A DNA stretch of 64,000 nt from an uncultured Rhodobacteraceae bacterium (GCA_947503935.1 CANNFR010000008.1:133251-197250); one strand, 5' to 3'; positions 1-9,181 are shown, numbered from the stretch's first letter. The notes: a model not told the origin generated them from the sequence alone. Numbers and translations: made by a program.

Positions 1-585
1 CTTTTGCAGACGATGGAAACGGTTCTATCCGAGGTCTATTCAAACGCGCCTATCGGGTCAGCCGTCATTCCGTTTCCCGAGGCAGAAGATCAGGACATGA
101 GCGCCCTTGCGCGCGGGTTCCGGGGTTTCCGGGGCAAGGTTCTGGTGCGGGAATCGGTCAACGTCACGGCGGCTGGCGGCCCTGCGCCTCAGAGCGATTT
201 GAAGCCCAACGACATATCGCCCGACCTTTCAAAGAGCATGACCAAAGAGACACTGGCCTCGGCTCGATCCAGTATTGAAATGGTCTACGGCGTGCTGCCC
301 GGTCTTAGCAATATCAGCACGACCGGCCCGATGGTCAGGGAAGCGCAACGCCACCTTGCCCAATGGGCGCTCATGCCAGTTGCGGCCATGATCGGCCAAG
401 AGGCCAGCGAAAAGCTGGGCAGCACAGTGAGCCTGGACGTGATGCGCCCCCTGCAAGCCTTCGATGCGGGTGGCCGTGCGCGGGCGCTTGGCACCATCGT
501 CAAGGCTCTAGGCGAGGCAAAGGCTCTGGGCCTGTCAGAAGCCGAGACGGCGCAAGCCCTCAACCTTGTGGACTTCAAAGAATGA
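1..585 (+). CDS. phage portal protein, C-terminal part (5' end lies outside the window)
   Basis: The frame is open to the left edge. The C-terminal pattern (VYGVLPGL ... LMPV ... LDV..L..FD ... GLSEAE ... LNL) resembles the conserved C-terminal core of HK97-family portals as I remember it. It lies on the 3' side of tRNA-Asn, a classical phage attachment context. Confidence 0.45.
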   Translation, partial: LLQTMETVLSEVYSNAPIGSAVIPFPEAEDQDMSALARGFRGFRGKVLVRESVNVTAAGGPAPQSDLKPNDISPDLSKSMTKETLASARSSIEMVYGVLPGLSNISTTGPMVREAQRHLAQWALMPVAAMIGQEASEKLGSTVSLDVMRPLQAFDAGGRARALGTIVKALGEAKALGLSEAETAQALNLVDFKE

Positions 586-600
586 ATCGGAGCCTGACGA

Positions 601-1113
601 ATGCTGGTTATGAGCCCTGCCGCACGAAAGGCGATACGAAAACAACAAAGACGTGAGAGGGAAGCGAAAAGGGGGCGACTGCCGGGCAAGCGGTTTGACG
701 TTGTGTCAGACAGGTGCGCGCGGGCCATTCGTCTAGCGTTTGAGACTGGCGTGATAGCTTCCTTGCTGGGACTTGAGGGACCGCTGCGTCAGGGCATCCG
801 GTCTGATCTTTGCCTAACGGGCTGGACATGGAAGGACGCCGACGACATGGCAAAGCTGATCGTTGCCGAGGCGTTGAAAAAGGTCAGGGCCGAGCGCCCG
901 TCGTGGAATGAAGGACAACGGGAATGGACGGTGGAGGCCGGGACGCTGATCGAAAGAACGCATTGCGCCAAGTGTCACAAGGCGTTGCCCGAGGGTCACC
1001 ACAAGTTCTGCGGGGATCTTTGCCGCTGGACCCACCACGCAAGATTGGCCTGGTTGAAGCAAGCGAGCGAAGAACAGGTGGTTCGGTCGGTGACGAATTA
1101 CACCTTGACCTGA
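601..1113 (+). CDS. hypothetical protein with basic N-terminus and one C-terminal FCS/TRASH-like zinc ribbon
   Basis: ATG at 601 with GGAG about 7 nt upstream. The C-terminal motif is CAKC-x10-FCGDLC. The same Cys pattern recurs three times in the next frame. Confidence 0.45.
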   Translation: MLVMSPAARKAIRKQQRREREAKRGRLPGKRFDVVSDRCARAIRLAFETGVIASLLGLEGPLRQGIRSDLCLTGWTWKDADDMAKLIVAEALKKVRAERPSWNEGQREWTVEAGTLIERTHCAKCHKALPEGHHKFCGDLCRWTHHARLAWLKQASEEQVVRSVTNYTLT

Positions 1114-1535
1114 CCCACAGATGCCAGCACTGCGACGACCCTTTACCGGAACGCGCTGCCAATGGCGCGCGGACCCGCTTCGACCGCATGTATTGTTCCC
1201 AAAAGTGTCTGGACGCCTCGCGGAAAACCGCCCGGCGATATGGCATCAAAGATCGGGCCTGCCCGCATTGCGGCAAAGCCATTCCAATGATGGCCCACTT
1301 GAAGATCAGGTTTTGCTGCAGGAAGTGCTGTCGGGCTTATCACAACGGCCTGATCTCTGCGGCGCTGGTAAAAAAAAGGGAGGCCAGATCATGCAGGATT
1401 TGCAAAGAACCCATTAGCCCCGCCAGAAAAAAGGGGTCGGTCTATTGCTCCAAGGCTTGCAAAGTGAAGGCGGACGTAAAAAGGAACGCGGACAGGCGCA
1501 AAGCCGATACACGGGCGAGCGGCGCAAGCCCTTGA
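924..1535 (+). CDS. triple FCS/TRASH-like zinc-ribbon protein; start unresolved (open frame from 924, informative part from about 1119); possibly the frame-shifted continuation of 601..1113
   Basis: Three repeats of CxxC-x(13-19)-[FY]Cx3C: CQHC..YCSQKC, CPHC..FCCRKC, CRIC..YCSKAC. There is no ATG/GTG/TTG in frame between 924 and the first ribbon. It contains an A8 run at 1370-1377. Confidence 0.35.
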   Translation: MDGGGRDADRKNALRQVSQGVARGSPQVLRGSLPLDPPRKIGLVEASERRTGGSVGDELHLDLTHRCQHCDDPLPERAANGARTRFDRMYCSQKCLDASRKTARRYGIKDRACPHCGKAIPMMAHLKIRFCCRKCCRAYHNGLISAALVKKREARSCRICKEPISPARKKGSVYCSKACKVKADVKRNADRRKADTRASGASP

Positions 1536-1558
1536 TGCGCCTTGGAATATCGCGCCAG

Positions 1559-1594
1559 CCGATACAGCAACCGATACAGTAACCGATACAGGCG
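1559..1594. repeat. three phased 12-bp tandem repeats (CCGATACAGCAA / CCGATACAGTAA / CCGATACAGGCG)
   Basis: Read directly from the sequence. A fourth CCGATACA copy lies at 1504-1511. The repeats sit between the zinc-ribbon ORF and tRNA-Asn. Confidence 0.8.
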
Positions 1595-1730
1595 GAAGCC
1601 CGGTTGCCGGGAAAGCCATCAAGCGGAGATAAGGGGACAATGCCGTTCCCCCAGTGTTCCCCCGAGGCGAAGAAATAGGCGAGCAGGATTTGCAACGCCC
1701 TGATACTGTCTTGATATCTTTGAGAGATTT

Positions 1731-1805
1731 TGGCTCCGGCGGTAGGGATCGAACCTACGACCAATTGATTAACAGTCAACTGCTCTACCGCTGAGCTACG
1801 CCGGA
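1731..1805 (-). tRNA. tRNA-Asn (anticodon GTT)
   Basis: The reverse complement reads TCCGGCGTAGCTCAGCGGTAGAGCAGTTGACTGTTAATCAATTGGTCGTAGGTTCGATCCCTACCGCCGGAGCCA. It folds as a cloverleaf with anticodon loop CTGTTAA, a GGTTCGATCC T-arm and an encoded CCA. Confidence 0.95.
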
Positions 1806-1868
1806 ACACGTGGCGGCATATAGCAAGCGTTTTGGGGGGCGTCCAGAGGGTTTTCTTGGGCGGTAAGG

Positions 1869-2753
1869 TCAGGCGCGTCGAAATCCGGTGGCCGCGCCAA
1901 GGGGGCCGTCGGGGTGGGCCAGGTTGCGCTCGGTCAGGTCGACGAGATGGGCCAGGACGTTTCGGGCGGCCATGGGCAGGAGGGCTGCATCGATATCGGT
2001 ATAGATGCTGTGGGCCAGGGCAGAGGCGGTTTGCGGCGTGTCGCTGAGGTGGGCCAGAATGGCGGCTTCGCGGGCGCGGCGGTGGGCGATCAGCTCGGCG
2101 ATGCGGGTGGCGGGGTCGTCGATCTTGGGGCCGTGGCCTGGAAGATAGAGGTGCGCCGGATAGCCCGCCAGCCGGTCGAGCGACGCCATGTAGGCGCCCA
2201 TATCGCCATCCGGGGGCGAGATAAGCGTCGTGGCCCAGCCCATGACATGGTCGCCGCTGAACACCAGATCGCCCCAGGCAAACGCCAGGTGGCTGCCCAG
2301 ATGGCCGGGGGTTGCGATGGCTGTGATCTGCAGGGCGCCTGCGTCGATCACCGTATTGTCGGTGACGATGTGATCGGGTGCGAAGTCCAGGTCGAGCCCT
2401 TCACCCCCACCGGCCAGGCCCGAGGCAGCGAGGGCCTGCATCGTCTCGCTGCGGCCATCGAAGGCGCCACCGCCGGCATAGATCGGCGCGCCGGTCACCT
2501 CGGCCAGGGGGCGGGCGAGGGGGGAGTGGTCGAGATGGGCATGGGTAACCAAAAGGGCCGCCACATGCTCACCCGGGCTCAGGGCCTGCAAAAGCGCGTC
2601 AAGATGGGCGGGAATATCCGGGCCGGGATCGATGATCGCCACCGCGCCCGCCCCCAGGATGTAGCTGTTGGTGCCCGTGTAGGTCAGCGCCGAGGGGTTT
2701 GGCGCCACGATCCGACGCACCCCATCGGCCACATGTTCCACCGTGCCTGCCAT
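1869..2753 (-). CDS. MBL-fold metallo-hydrolase
   Basis: THAHLDH metal-binding motif (HxHxDH) with downstream His/Asp ligands typical of the metallo-beta-lactamase fold. Confidence 0.85.
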   Translation of the reverse strand: MAGTVEHVADGVRRIVAPNPSALTYTGTNSYILGAGAVAIIDPGPDIPAHLDALLQALSPGEHVAALLVTHAHLDHSPLARPLAEVTGAPIYAGGGAFDGRSETMQALAASGLAGGGEGLDLDFAPDHIVTDNTVIDAGALQITAIATPGHLGSHLAFAWGDLVFSGDHVMGWATTLISPPDGDMGAYMASLDRLAGYPAHLYLPGHGPKIDDPATRIAELIAHRRAREAAILAHLSDTPQTASALAHSIYTDIDAALLPMAARNVLAHLVDLTERNLAHPDGPLGAATGFRRA

Positions 2754-2794
2754 CGACTCTTCCTCTCGCCTCAGCCTGGGTTTAGCCTTAGCGC

Positions 2795-4114
2795 ATGTTT
2801 TTCCGCTGGCTCAAACGCTTCTTACCACGTGGCCTCTTCGGTCGGGCGATATTGATTCTGCTTGTGCCGGTCGTGGCGGTGCAATTGGTGGTGTCCGTCG
2901 TCTTTCTGCAGCGGCATTTCGACCGCGTGACCGAGCAGATGACACGCAGTGTCGCGATCCCGCTGCGCTACATGCTGGCCGGGATCGATGCTGCGCCCGA
3001 TGCGGAAACCGCGCGGCAGATCGCGACCGAGCTTGGCCAGGATCTGGGCTTCGTCGTGGGGTTTGAGGGCGATCCGGTTATGTCTTCACGCGTGTTCTAC
3101 GACCTCTCGGGCCGCTCTATCATCCGCACGATGCACCGGGTGCTGCCGGCGGTGACGCAGATCGACCTGGGCAGCGATCTGGATTTCGTGCGCCTTGCGG
3201 CCGAAACGGAATGGGGTCTGGCCGAGATTCGCTTTGCCCGTGGGCGGGTTTCGGCCTCGAACCCGCACCAATTGCTGGTCATCATGGTGTTTGCGGGCCT
3301 CCTGATGACGGCGGTGGCCTATATCTTTCTGCGCAACCAGCTGCGCCCGATCACCCGGCTGGCGGCTGCCTCGGATGCGTTCGGCAAGGGCCGGATCGTG
3401 CCCTATCGCCCGCGCGGTGCCACCGAGGTGCGCGCGGCGGGTGCGGCCTTTCTGGACATGCGCGCGCGTATCGAACGGGCGCGTGAGCAGCGCAATCTGC
3501 TGCTGTCCGGCGTCAGCCACGATCTGCGCACACCGCTGACCCGTTTTCGCCTGGCGCTGTCGCTGCTGGATGAGGATGACGATACCCGCGCCATGGTCCG
3601 CGACGTGTCCGAGATGGAGCGGATGCTGGACGATTTCCTGGCCTATGCGCGTGGGGAGTTCGAGGGCGAGGTTGAGGCCGCATCCCCCACCGCGATCGCC
3701 CGAAAGGTGGTCGGCAACGCCGAACGGATCGGGCGGGCCGTGACACTGACCCTCCATGACGACGTGCCCGAAACGGCCGCGATGCGGGTGCATGCCGTGC
3801 AGCGGGCGTTACAAAATCTGGTGCAGAACGCCCTGAGATACGGGCAAAATGTGCAGCTGACGGTCAGCCCGACGCGGGAGGGGTTTTGCTTTGTCGTTGA
3901 GGATGACGGCCCCGGCATCCCGAAAGACCGTCAGGACGAGGCGCTCCGCCCCTTCACCCGCCTCGACCCCGCCCGCAATCAGGACAAGGGCGGCGGCGCC
4001 GGGCTGGGCCTGGCCATCGCGCTGGATATCGCGCGCGCTCATGGTGGGACGTTGCGCTTGGGCCAGAGTGAGGCGCTGGGAGGGCTGAAGGTGACCTTCG
4101 CATTGCCGGGCTAG
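2795..4114 (+). CDS. HAMP-domain sensor histidine kinase (no adjacent response regulator)
   Basis: Two TM segments, then a HAMP-like linker. H-box SHDLRTPLTR, N-box NALRYG, G-boxes DDGPGI and GGAGLGLAI. Confidence 0.85.
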   Translation: MFFRWLKRFLPRGLFGRAILILLVPVVAVQLVVSVVFLQRHFDRVTEQMTRSVAIPLRYMLAGIDAAPDAETARQIATELGQDLGFVVGFEGDPVMSSRVFYDLSGRSIIRTMHRVLPAVTQIDLGSDLDFVRLAAETEWGLAEIRFARGRVSASNPHQLLVIMVFAGLLMTAVAYIFLRNQLRPITRLAAASDAFGKGRIVPYRPRGATEVRAAGAAFLDMRARIERAREQRNLLLSGVSHDLRTPLTRFRLALSLLDEDDDTRAMVRDVSEMERMLDDFLAYARGEFEGEVEAASPTAIARKVVGNAERIGRAVTLTLHDDVPETAAMRVHAVQRALQNLVQNALRYGQNVQLTVSPTREGFCFVVEDDGPGIPKDRQDEALRPFTRLDPARNQDKGGGAGLGLAIALDIARAHGGTLRLGQSEALGGLKVTFALPG

Positions 4115-4124
4115 GGCGGGATAT

Positions 4125-4200
4125 TGGTAGGCCTGGAGGGATTTGAACCCCCAACCAAAGCGTTATGAGCGCTCTGCTCTAACCGTTGAGCTACAGGCCC
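4125..4200 (-). tRNA. tRNA with CAT anticodon (Met, or more likely Ile2/lysidine type)
   Basis: The reverse complement reads GGGCCTGTAGCTCAACGGTTAGAGCAGAGCGCTCATAACGCTTTGGTTGGGGGTTCAAATCCCTCCAGGCCTACCA. It folds as a cloverleaf with anticodon loop CTCATAA. C4:G69 and C5:G68 and the overall resemblance to E. coli ileX favour Ile2. Confidence 0.9.
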
Positions 4201-4295
4201 GCCTGTGCTCTGCCTATGGCGGTGATCTTTGGCGGTCAAGCCCCTCCGGCGTGCGTGGGCGGTAGACGAATGCGGCGGCGGCTGGTAGAGCGCCG

Positions 4296-5369
4296 ATGGT
4301 CTTTGATGAGGAAGCTGCCGTGACGGAAAGCGATAAGGGTGCCAGTTACGCCGAGGCGGGTGTGGACATCGATGCGGGCAATCAACTGGTCGAAAAGATC
4401 AAGCCTGCCGCCGCCGATAGCGACCGGCCGGGCACGATGGCGGGCCTGGGCGGCTTTGGCGCGCTGTTCGATCTGAAGGCCGCCGGCTATTCCGACCCGA
4501 TTCTGGTCGCCGCGACCGACGGTGTCGGCACCAAGCTGCGGATCGGCATCGATACCGGGATCTATGACACGCTGGGCACTGATCTGGTGGCGATGTGTGT
4601 CAACGATCTGGTCTGCCAGGGGGCTGAGCCTTTGTTCTTCCTCGATTATTTTGCCACGGCCAAGCTGGATGTCACCCAGGCTGCCCGCGTGGTGGGTGGC
4701 ATCGCACGGGCCTGCAAGGCGGCGGGCTGCGCTCTGATCGGCGGTGAGACGGCCGAGATGCCGGGCATGTATCAGACGGGTGATTTCGACCTGGCGGGCT
4801 TTGCCGTCGGCGCGATGGAGCGGGGCGGCGATCTGCCCAAGAACGTGGCCGAGGGCGACGTGCTTCTGGGGCTGCCGTCAAGCGGCGTGCATTCCAACGG
4901 CTTCTCGCTGGTGCGCCACATCGCGACGAAGGCGGCGTTGGGGTGGGACTCGGACGCGCCATGGGGCGGGAAAGAGACGATGGGCGAGGCCCTGATGACG
5001 CCCACGCGCCTCTATGTGAAGCCGGTACTGGCGGCTCTGCGGCAAGGCGGCCTCCATGGGGCTGCCCATATCACTGGCGGTGGTCTGACCGAAAATCTGC
5101 CGCGGGTTCTGCCCGATGGTCTTGGGGCCGAGGTGCATCTGGATGCCTGGACCTTGCCGCCTGTGTTCAAGTGGCTGGCCGAAAAAGGCCGGGTCAAGCA
5201 GGCCGAGATGCTGAAAACCTTCAACTGCGGTATCGGCATGGTGCTGTTCGTCGCGCCGAAAGCGGCCGAGGAATGCGCGCGCACCCTTTTGAAGTCGGGC
5301 GAGCGTGTCGTGCCATTGGGCCGTGTCGTGAAAGGGCAGGGGGTGGCCTATAAAGGCACGCTGACGTGA
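4296..5369 (+). CDS. purM: phosphoribosylformylglycinamidine cyclo-ligase (AIR synthetase)
   Basis: Full-length PurM-like sequence ([27 protein letters not shown]). It overlaps purN by 4 nt. Confidence 0.95.
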   Translation: MVFDEEAAVTESDKGASYAEAGVDIDAGNQLVEKIKPAAADSDRPGTMAGLGGFGALFDLKAAGYSDPILVAATDGVGTKLRIGIDTGIYDTLGTDLVAMCVNDLVCQGAEPLFFLDYFATAKLDVTQAARVVGGIARACKAAGCALIGGETAEMPGMYQTGDFDLAGFAVGAMERGGDLPKNVAEGDVLLGLPSSGVHSNGFSLVRHIATKAALGWDSDAPWGGKETMGEALMTPTRLYVKPVLAALRQGGLHGAAHITGGGLTENLPRVLPDGLGAEVHLDAWTLPPVFKWLAEKGRVKQAEMLKTFNCGIGMVLFVAPKAAEECARTLLKSGERVVPLGRVVKGQGVAYKGTLT

Positions 5370-5953
5370 GGCGTGTGGCCATCCTGATCTCCGGCGGCGG
5401 CTCGAACATGGAGGCGCTGGTGCGCGACATGGGGGGCGACCACCCCGCGCGGGCGGTTCTGGTGGTCTCGAACGTGCCGGGCGCGGGCGGGCTGGCCAAG
5501 GCGCAGGCCCTGGGCGTGCCGACCGCCGTGGTCGATCACCGCGATTATCCGACGCGCGAGGCGTTCGAGGCGGCCCTTACCCAGGCGCTCCGCCCCGCCG
5601 CGCCCGAACTGATTTGCCTGGCCGGTTTCATGCGGGTTCTGACGGCCGGGTTCGTGGCGGGTTGGGAGGGCCGGATGCTGAACATACACCCCTCGCTTTT
5701 GCCCAAATACAAGGGGTTGAACACCCATGCCCGCGCGATCGAGGCCGGCGACGCACAGGCTGGCTGCAGCGTGCATGAGGTGACGGCCAGGCTGGATGAC
5801 GGCCCGATCCTGGGCCAGGCGCGGGTGCCGGTTGAGCCCGGCGATACGCCGGACACTCTTGCCGCGCGCATTCTGCCGTGGGAGCATCGCCTCTATCCTG
5901 CGGTTCTGCGCCGCTTTGCCCTGGGCGATAAGCGGCCCGTTCTGCTGCCGTGA
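5366..5953 (+). CDS. purN: phosphoribosylglycinamide formyltransferase
   Basis: N-terminal ILISGGGSN, and NIHPSLLP with HxV..LD motifs. The GTG start overlaps the purM stop (GTGA). Confidence 0.93.
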   Translation: MRRVAILISGGGSNMEALVRDMGGDHPARAVLVVSNVPGAGGLAKAQALGVPTAVVDHRDYPTREAFEAALTQALRPAAPELICLAGFMRVLTAGFVAGWEGRMLNIHPSLLPKYKGLNTHARAIEAGDAQAGCSVHEVTARLDDGPILGQARVPVEPGDTPDTLAARILPWEHRLYPAVLRRFALGDKRPVLLP

Positions 5954-6031
5954 GGCCTTTCCAAGCCCACCGGATTTGCTTATGAACGTCCGACCCGAGA
6001 GTGCCCGTTGAAAGGTATAGACCCGCCCCCG

Positions 6032-7186
6032 ATGCGTACCATTACCGATACCGATAGCCTTGCCGAGTTCTGCGAGGTGGCCCGCGCCGCGCCCTATGTG
6101 ACCATCGATACCGAGTTCCTGCGCGAACGGACGTATTGGGCCAAGCTTTGCCTTGTGCAGATGGCGCTGCCCGAGGATGGCGAGGCGGTGCTGATTGATC
6201 CGCTGGCCGAAGGTCTGTCTTTGGCGCCGCTCTACGAGCTTCTGGCCCATAAGGGCACGGTCAAGGTTTTTCACGCCGCGCGGCAGGACCTTGAGATTTT
6301 CTATGTCGAAGGCGGGGTGATCCCCGAGCCTCTGTTCGACACCCAGGTCGCCGCCATGGTCTGCGGCTTTGGCGAGCAGGTAGGCTATGAGACGCTGGTC
6401 AAACGGATCGCGCGGGCCAGTGTCGACAAGACCTCGCGGTTCACCGATTGGTCGCGCCGGCCGCTGACGGAGGCGCAGAAATCCTATGCCCTGGCCGATG
6501 TGACCCATCTGCGGGTCATCTACGAACACCTCGCCAAGGAGCTACGCAAAACCAAGCGCACGGCTTGGGTTGAGGAGGAGCTGGCCGTTCTGACCGACCC
6601 CGAGACTTATATCACGCGGCCGGATGAGGCCTGGGCGCGGATCAAGACCCGCTCCTCCTCGCCCCGTTTTCTGGCTGTCGTGCGCGAGCTTGCGCGGTTC
6701 CGTGAGGATTATGCCCAAAGCCGCAACATCCCGCGTAGCCGGGTTTTCAAGGACGACGCGCTTTTGGAGGTCGCCTCGACCAAACCGAAAACCCCCGAGG
6801 ATCTGGGCCGCTCGCGCCTGCTTCTGCGCGAGGCCCGCAAGGGCGATATCGCCGATGGTATTCTGGCCGCGATCCAGGCCGCGATGGCGCTGCCGAACGA
6901 GGCATTGCCGCAATCGGACAAAAGCCACGAACGCCCCCAGCAGGGCAATGCTGCGCTGTCTGATCTGTTGCGCGTGCTTTTGAAGGCCCGGTCAGATAGC
7001 GAGCGTGTGGCCGCCAAGCTGATCGCGACCTCCGCGGACCTCGATGCGCTGGCCTCAGGCGACCGCGATCTGCCGGCCTTGAAGGGCTGGCGGCGCGAGG
7101 TTTTCGGCGAGGACGCGCTGCGCCTTTGTCAGGGCGAAATCGCGCTGTCGGCGAAGGGAACACAGATCGTCGCGGTACCGCTTTAG
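6032..7186 (+). CDS. rnd: ribonuclease D
   Basis: DEDD exonuclease motifs (IDTEF, HAARQDLE, YALADV) followed by an HRDC-like region. ATG 6032 aligns best with known RNase D N-termini; the track alternative is TTG 6008. Confidence 0.9.
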   Translation: MRTITDTDSLAEFCEVARAAPYVTIDTEFLRERTYWAKLCLVQMALPEDGEAVLIDPLAEGLSLAPLYELLAHKGTVKVFHAARQDLEIFYVEGGVIPEPLFDTQVAAMVCGFGEQVGYETLVKRIARASVDKTSRFTDWSRRPLTEAQKSYALADVTHLRVIYEHLAKELRKTKRTAWVEEELAVLTDPETYITRPDEAWARIKTRSSSPRFLAVVRELARFREDYAQSRNIPRSRVFKDDALLEVASTKPKTPEDLGRSRLLLREARKGDIADGILAAIQAAMALPNEALPQSDKSHERPQQGNAALSDLLRVLLKARSDSERVAAKLIATSADLDALASGDRDLPALKGWRREVFGEDALRLCQGEIALSAKGTQIVAVPL

Positions 7187-7656
7187 CGGCGGGACACCCG
7201 CTCGGTCCGGGCGCCGCGCACGACGATGCGGGCGATGCCGTCCAGCTCGTTGTTGGTCAGGGTGGTTGCGACGACAATTTCGCGCGAGGGCTGTGTGCCG
7301 ACACGGGCCCGGTAGGGCGGCGGGATCAGGCGGAAATCGAAGACCAGCACGCCCTCGTCGACACCTTCGCCCTCAAATGGCACAAGCTCGGCATCCCAGA
7401 ACCCTTGCGTCGGCGGCAGGCCGGTTGCGCGGATGATGGCGCCGCCGGGGGTCTGCTCAACGCGCATGTCGATGACCTGATCGACAAGCGGGCGGGGATC
7501 GGCGGGGCGCACCACGCCGGTGCCGCGCACGACGGTGGTTTCCTGGGCCTGACTGCCGCCAAACCAGTTCAGCGGGTTCAGCCGCGACTCACGCGCCGCC
7601 CCGCAGGCACCAACGGCGATCGTCAAGGCCAGGGCGGCCAGCAGGTTTATGCGCAT
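7183..7656 (-). CDS. lipoprotein, function unknown
   Basis: The internal start MRINLLAALALTIAVGAC gives a signal peptide with a lipobox (VGAC). The upstream extension in the ORF track has no support. Confidence 0.7.
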   Translation of the reverse strand: MRINLLAALALTIAVGACGAARESRLNPLNWFGGSQAQETTVVRGTGVVRPADPRPLVDQVIDMRVEQTPGGAIIRATGLPPTQGFWDAELVPFEGEGVDEGVLVFDFRLIPPPYRARVGTQPSREIVVATTLTNNELDGIARIVVRGARTERVSRR

Positions 7657-7780
7657 GATGTTCCCTCGTCTCTGGCCATGGACTAGCCCAAAGAATGCCG
7701 CTTGAAAAGCCCGCGCCTCTGGACCTTCGTCCTGCAGGCGCCTAGGTGAGGCAGAGCTTGACAACAAAGGGACCGACCCC

Positions 7781-8215
7781 GTGGCCACGCCCGCCTTCGA
7801 AGATATCGCCGAGACGTTCGACTTCCTGGACGATTGGGAGGATCGCTATCGCCATGTGATCGAACTGGGCAAGGCGATGCCGCCTTTGGAAGAGGCGTTT
7901 CGCGTGCCCGCGACCAAGGTCGATGGCTGCGCCAGCCAAGTCTGGATCCTGCCTGAGATTGAGGGGCAGGGGCTCGACGCCACGTTCAGCTTCCGCGGCG
8001 AGAGCGATGCGATGATCGTCCGCGGCCTGATCGCCATTCTGCATGCGCTTTATGCGGGCCAAAGTGTGGAGGAGGTGCTGGCGGTGGACGCCCGGGCCGA
8101 GTTGGGCCGGCTTGGCCTGAATGATCACCTGTCCTCGCAACGCTCAAACGGGCTGACGGCGATGGTGGCGCGCATCCGCGATCTGGCCGCGGCGGCCGCA
8201 GAACAGGGCGGTTAG
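7781..8215 (+). CDS. sufE: SufE-family cysteine desulfuration protein
   Basis: SufE-like sequence with the conserved VDGCASQVW active-site Cys context. Confidence 0.85.
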   Translation: MATPAFEDIAETFDFLDDWEDRYRHVIELGKAMPPLEEAFRVPATKVDGCASQVWILPEIEGQGLDATFSFRGESDAMIVRGLIAILHALYAGQSVEEVLAVDARAELGRLGLNDHLSSQRSNGLTAMVARIRDLAAAAAEQGG

Positions 8216-8869
8216 TCAGGTCAGGGATTTCCCGCGCTCAAGCTGCCTCATCGCCACCTCAAGATCGCCATAGCCGGTAAAACGCCGTTCAAACGGCAGC
8301 CCCAGGCGTTTGGCGCAGAGTTTCGCCTTCTGCGTCAGCGCCGGATTGTCCGTCTGCGCCTGATAGACCAGCTTTTCGTAATTGCTGAAGTAAGTGTCCT
8401 TCAGGGTCGGATGCCGGTCCAGTCCCAAAGGCTCCCACACGAACGCATCGAATTGGCGCACCAGGAAATCGGTCAGGTAAAATGCGGTGAACTCATCCTC
8501 GGCACGCGCCAAAAACGCCTCGGTGCCCTCGAAAAACGCATAGCAATGCGGCCCCTCGACCATCTCGACCCCAAGGTTCTGGCAGAGATCCTGCAACTGG
8601 CCGCCGGTGCCGCAATCGGCGTAGACTACGAAAATCCGGTCATAGCTTTCTCGGTACGATTGCACGGCCTGCGCAACCGCCGCCGGGATGCGCTCAGGAT
8701 GGTTGTGCAAGATCGCCGGCAGGCATTTCAGGTCAAGATGGTCCCATTTGTTGGCGCGTTTGAGCGCCATGATCTCATGGGCCAGCGCCCCGCAGGCCAA
8801 AAGCAGAACCTGCCCGGACCCTTTCGGCGAAAGGCCTTTTCTGGTCAGGTTTTGATCATCGAGCATCAT
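8216..8869 (-). CDS. DUF1638 domain protein
   Basis: The length and pattern (LLLACGALAHE ... YADCGTGG) match what I remember of DUF1638, a family that co-occurs with corrinoid methyltransferase systems. Its start overlaps the ybjQ-like stop (ATGATG/TGA). Confidence 0.7.
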   Translation of the reverse strand: MMLDDQNLTRKGLSPKGSGQVLLLACGALAHEIMALKRANKWDHLDLKCLPAILHNHPERIPAAVAQAVQSYRESYDRIFVVYADCGTGGQLQDLCQNLGVEMVEGPHCYAFFEGTEAFLARAEDEFTAFYLTDFLVRQFDAFVWEPLGLDRHPTLKDTYFSNYEKLVYQAQTDNPALTQKAKLCAKRLGLPFERRFTGYGDLEVAMRQLERGKSLT

Positions 8870-9180
8870 TTCAACCGGACGGCCGTGCCGTAGACCATGA
8901 CCTCGGACGCGCCTTGCTGAATTGTCGACGTCTCCATGCGGACGCAGACAACCGCGTCGGCGCCCATCGCGCGCGCATCCTCAACCATCCGGTCCATCGC
9001 CTGCTCACGCGCGCCCGCCAGCAGCTGGGCGTATTCCTTGACCTCGCCGCCGACCAGATTGCGCAGCGAGGCCACGATGTCCGAACCGATATGCTTGGCC
9101 CGGACGGTGGACCCGCGCGTAATGCCCAAAGCCTCGACAATCTCACGGCCCGCCACACCCTCGGTGGTGACGACCAACAT
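8866..9180 (-). CDS. YbjQ/UPF0145 family protein
   Basis: It aligns by eye along its whole length with E. coli YbjQ (MLVVTTEGVAGREIVE ... GADAVV ... YGTAV). ATG 9180 fits the family N-terminus; the alternative is 9201. Confidence 0.8.
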   Translation of the reverse strand: MLVVTTEGVAGREIVEALGITRGSTVRAKHIGSDIVASLRNLVGGEVKEYAQLLAGAREQAMDRMVEDARAMGADAVVCVRMETSTIQQGASEVMVYGTAVRLK

Positions 9181-9181
9181 G

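Larger units (their letters stand above)
1..1730. mobile_element. phage-derived segment (prophage remnant or one prophage end) abutting the 3' end of tRNA-Asn
   Basis: It contains a portal-like fragment, two zinc-ribbon ORFs of non-core character, and phased short repeats. It ends exactly at the 3' end of a tRNA gene. No integrase or att repeat is visible inside the window. Confidence 0.4.

Noticed and set aside
5348-6529. 393-aa ORF on the minus strand
   Set aside because: It is antisense to purN and rnd, which have clear family signatures. The Arg/Gly/Pro/Ala-rich composition is typical of shadow ORFs in high-GC DNA.
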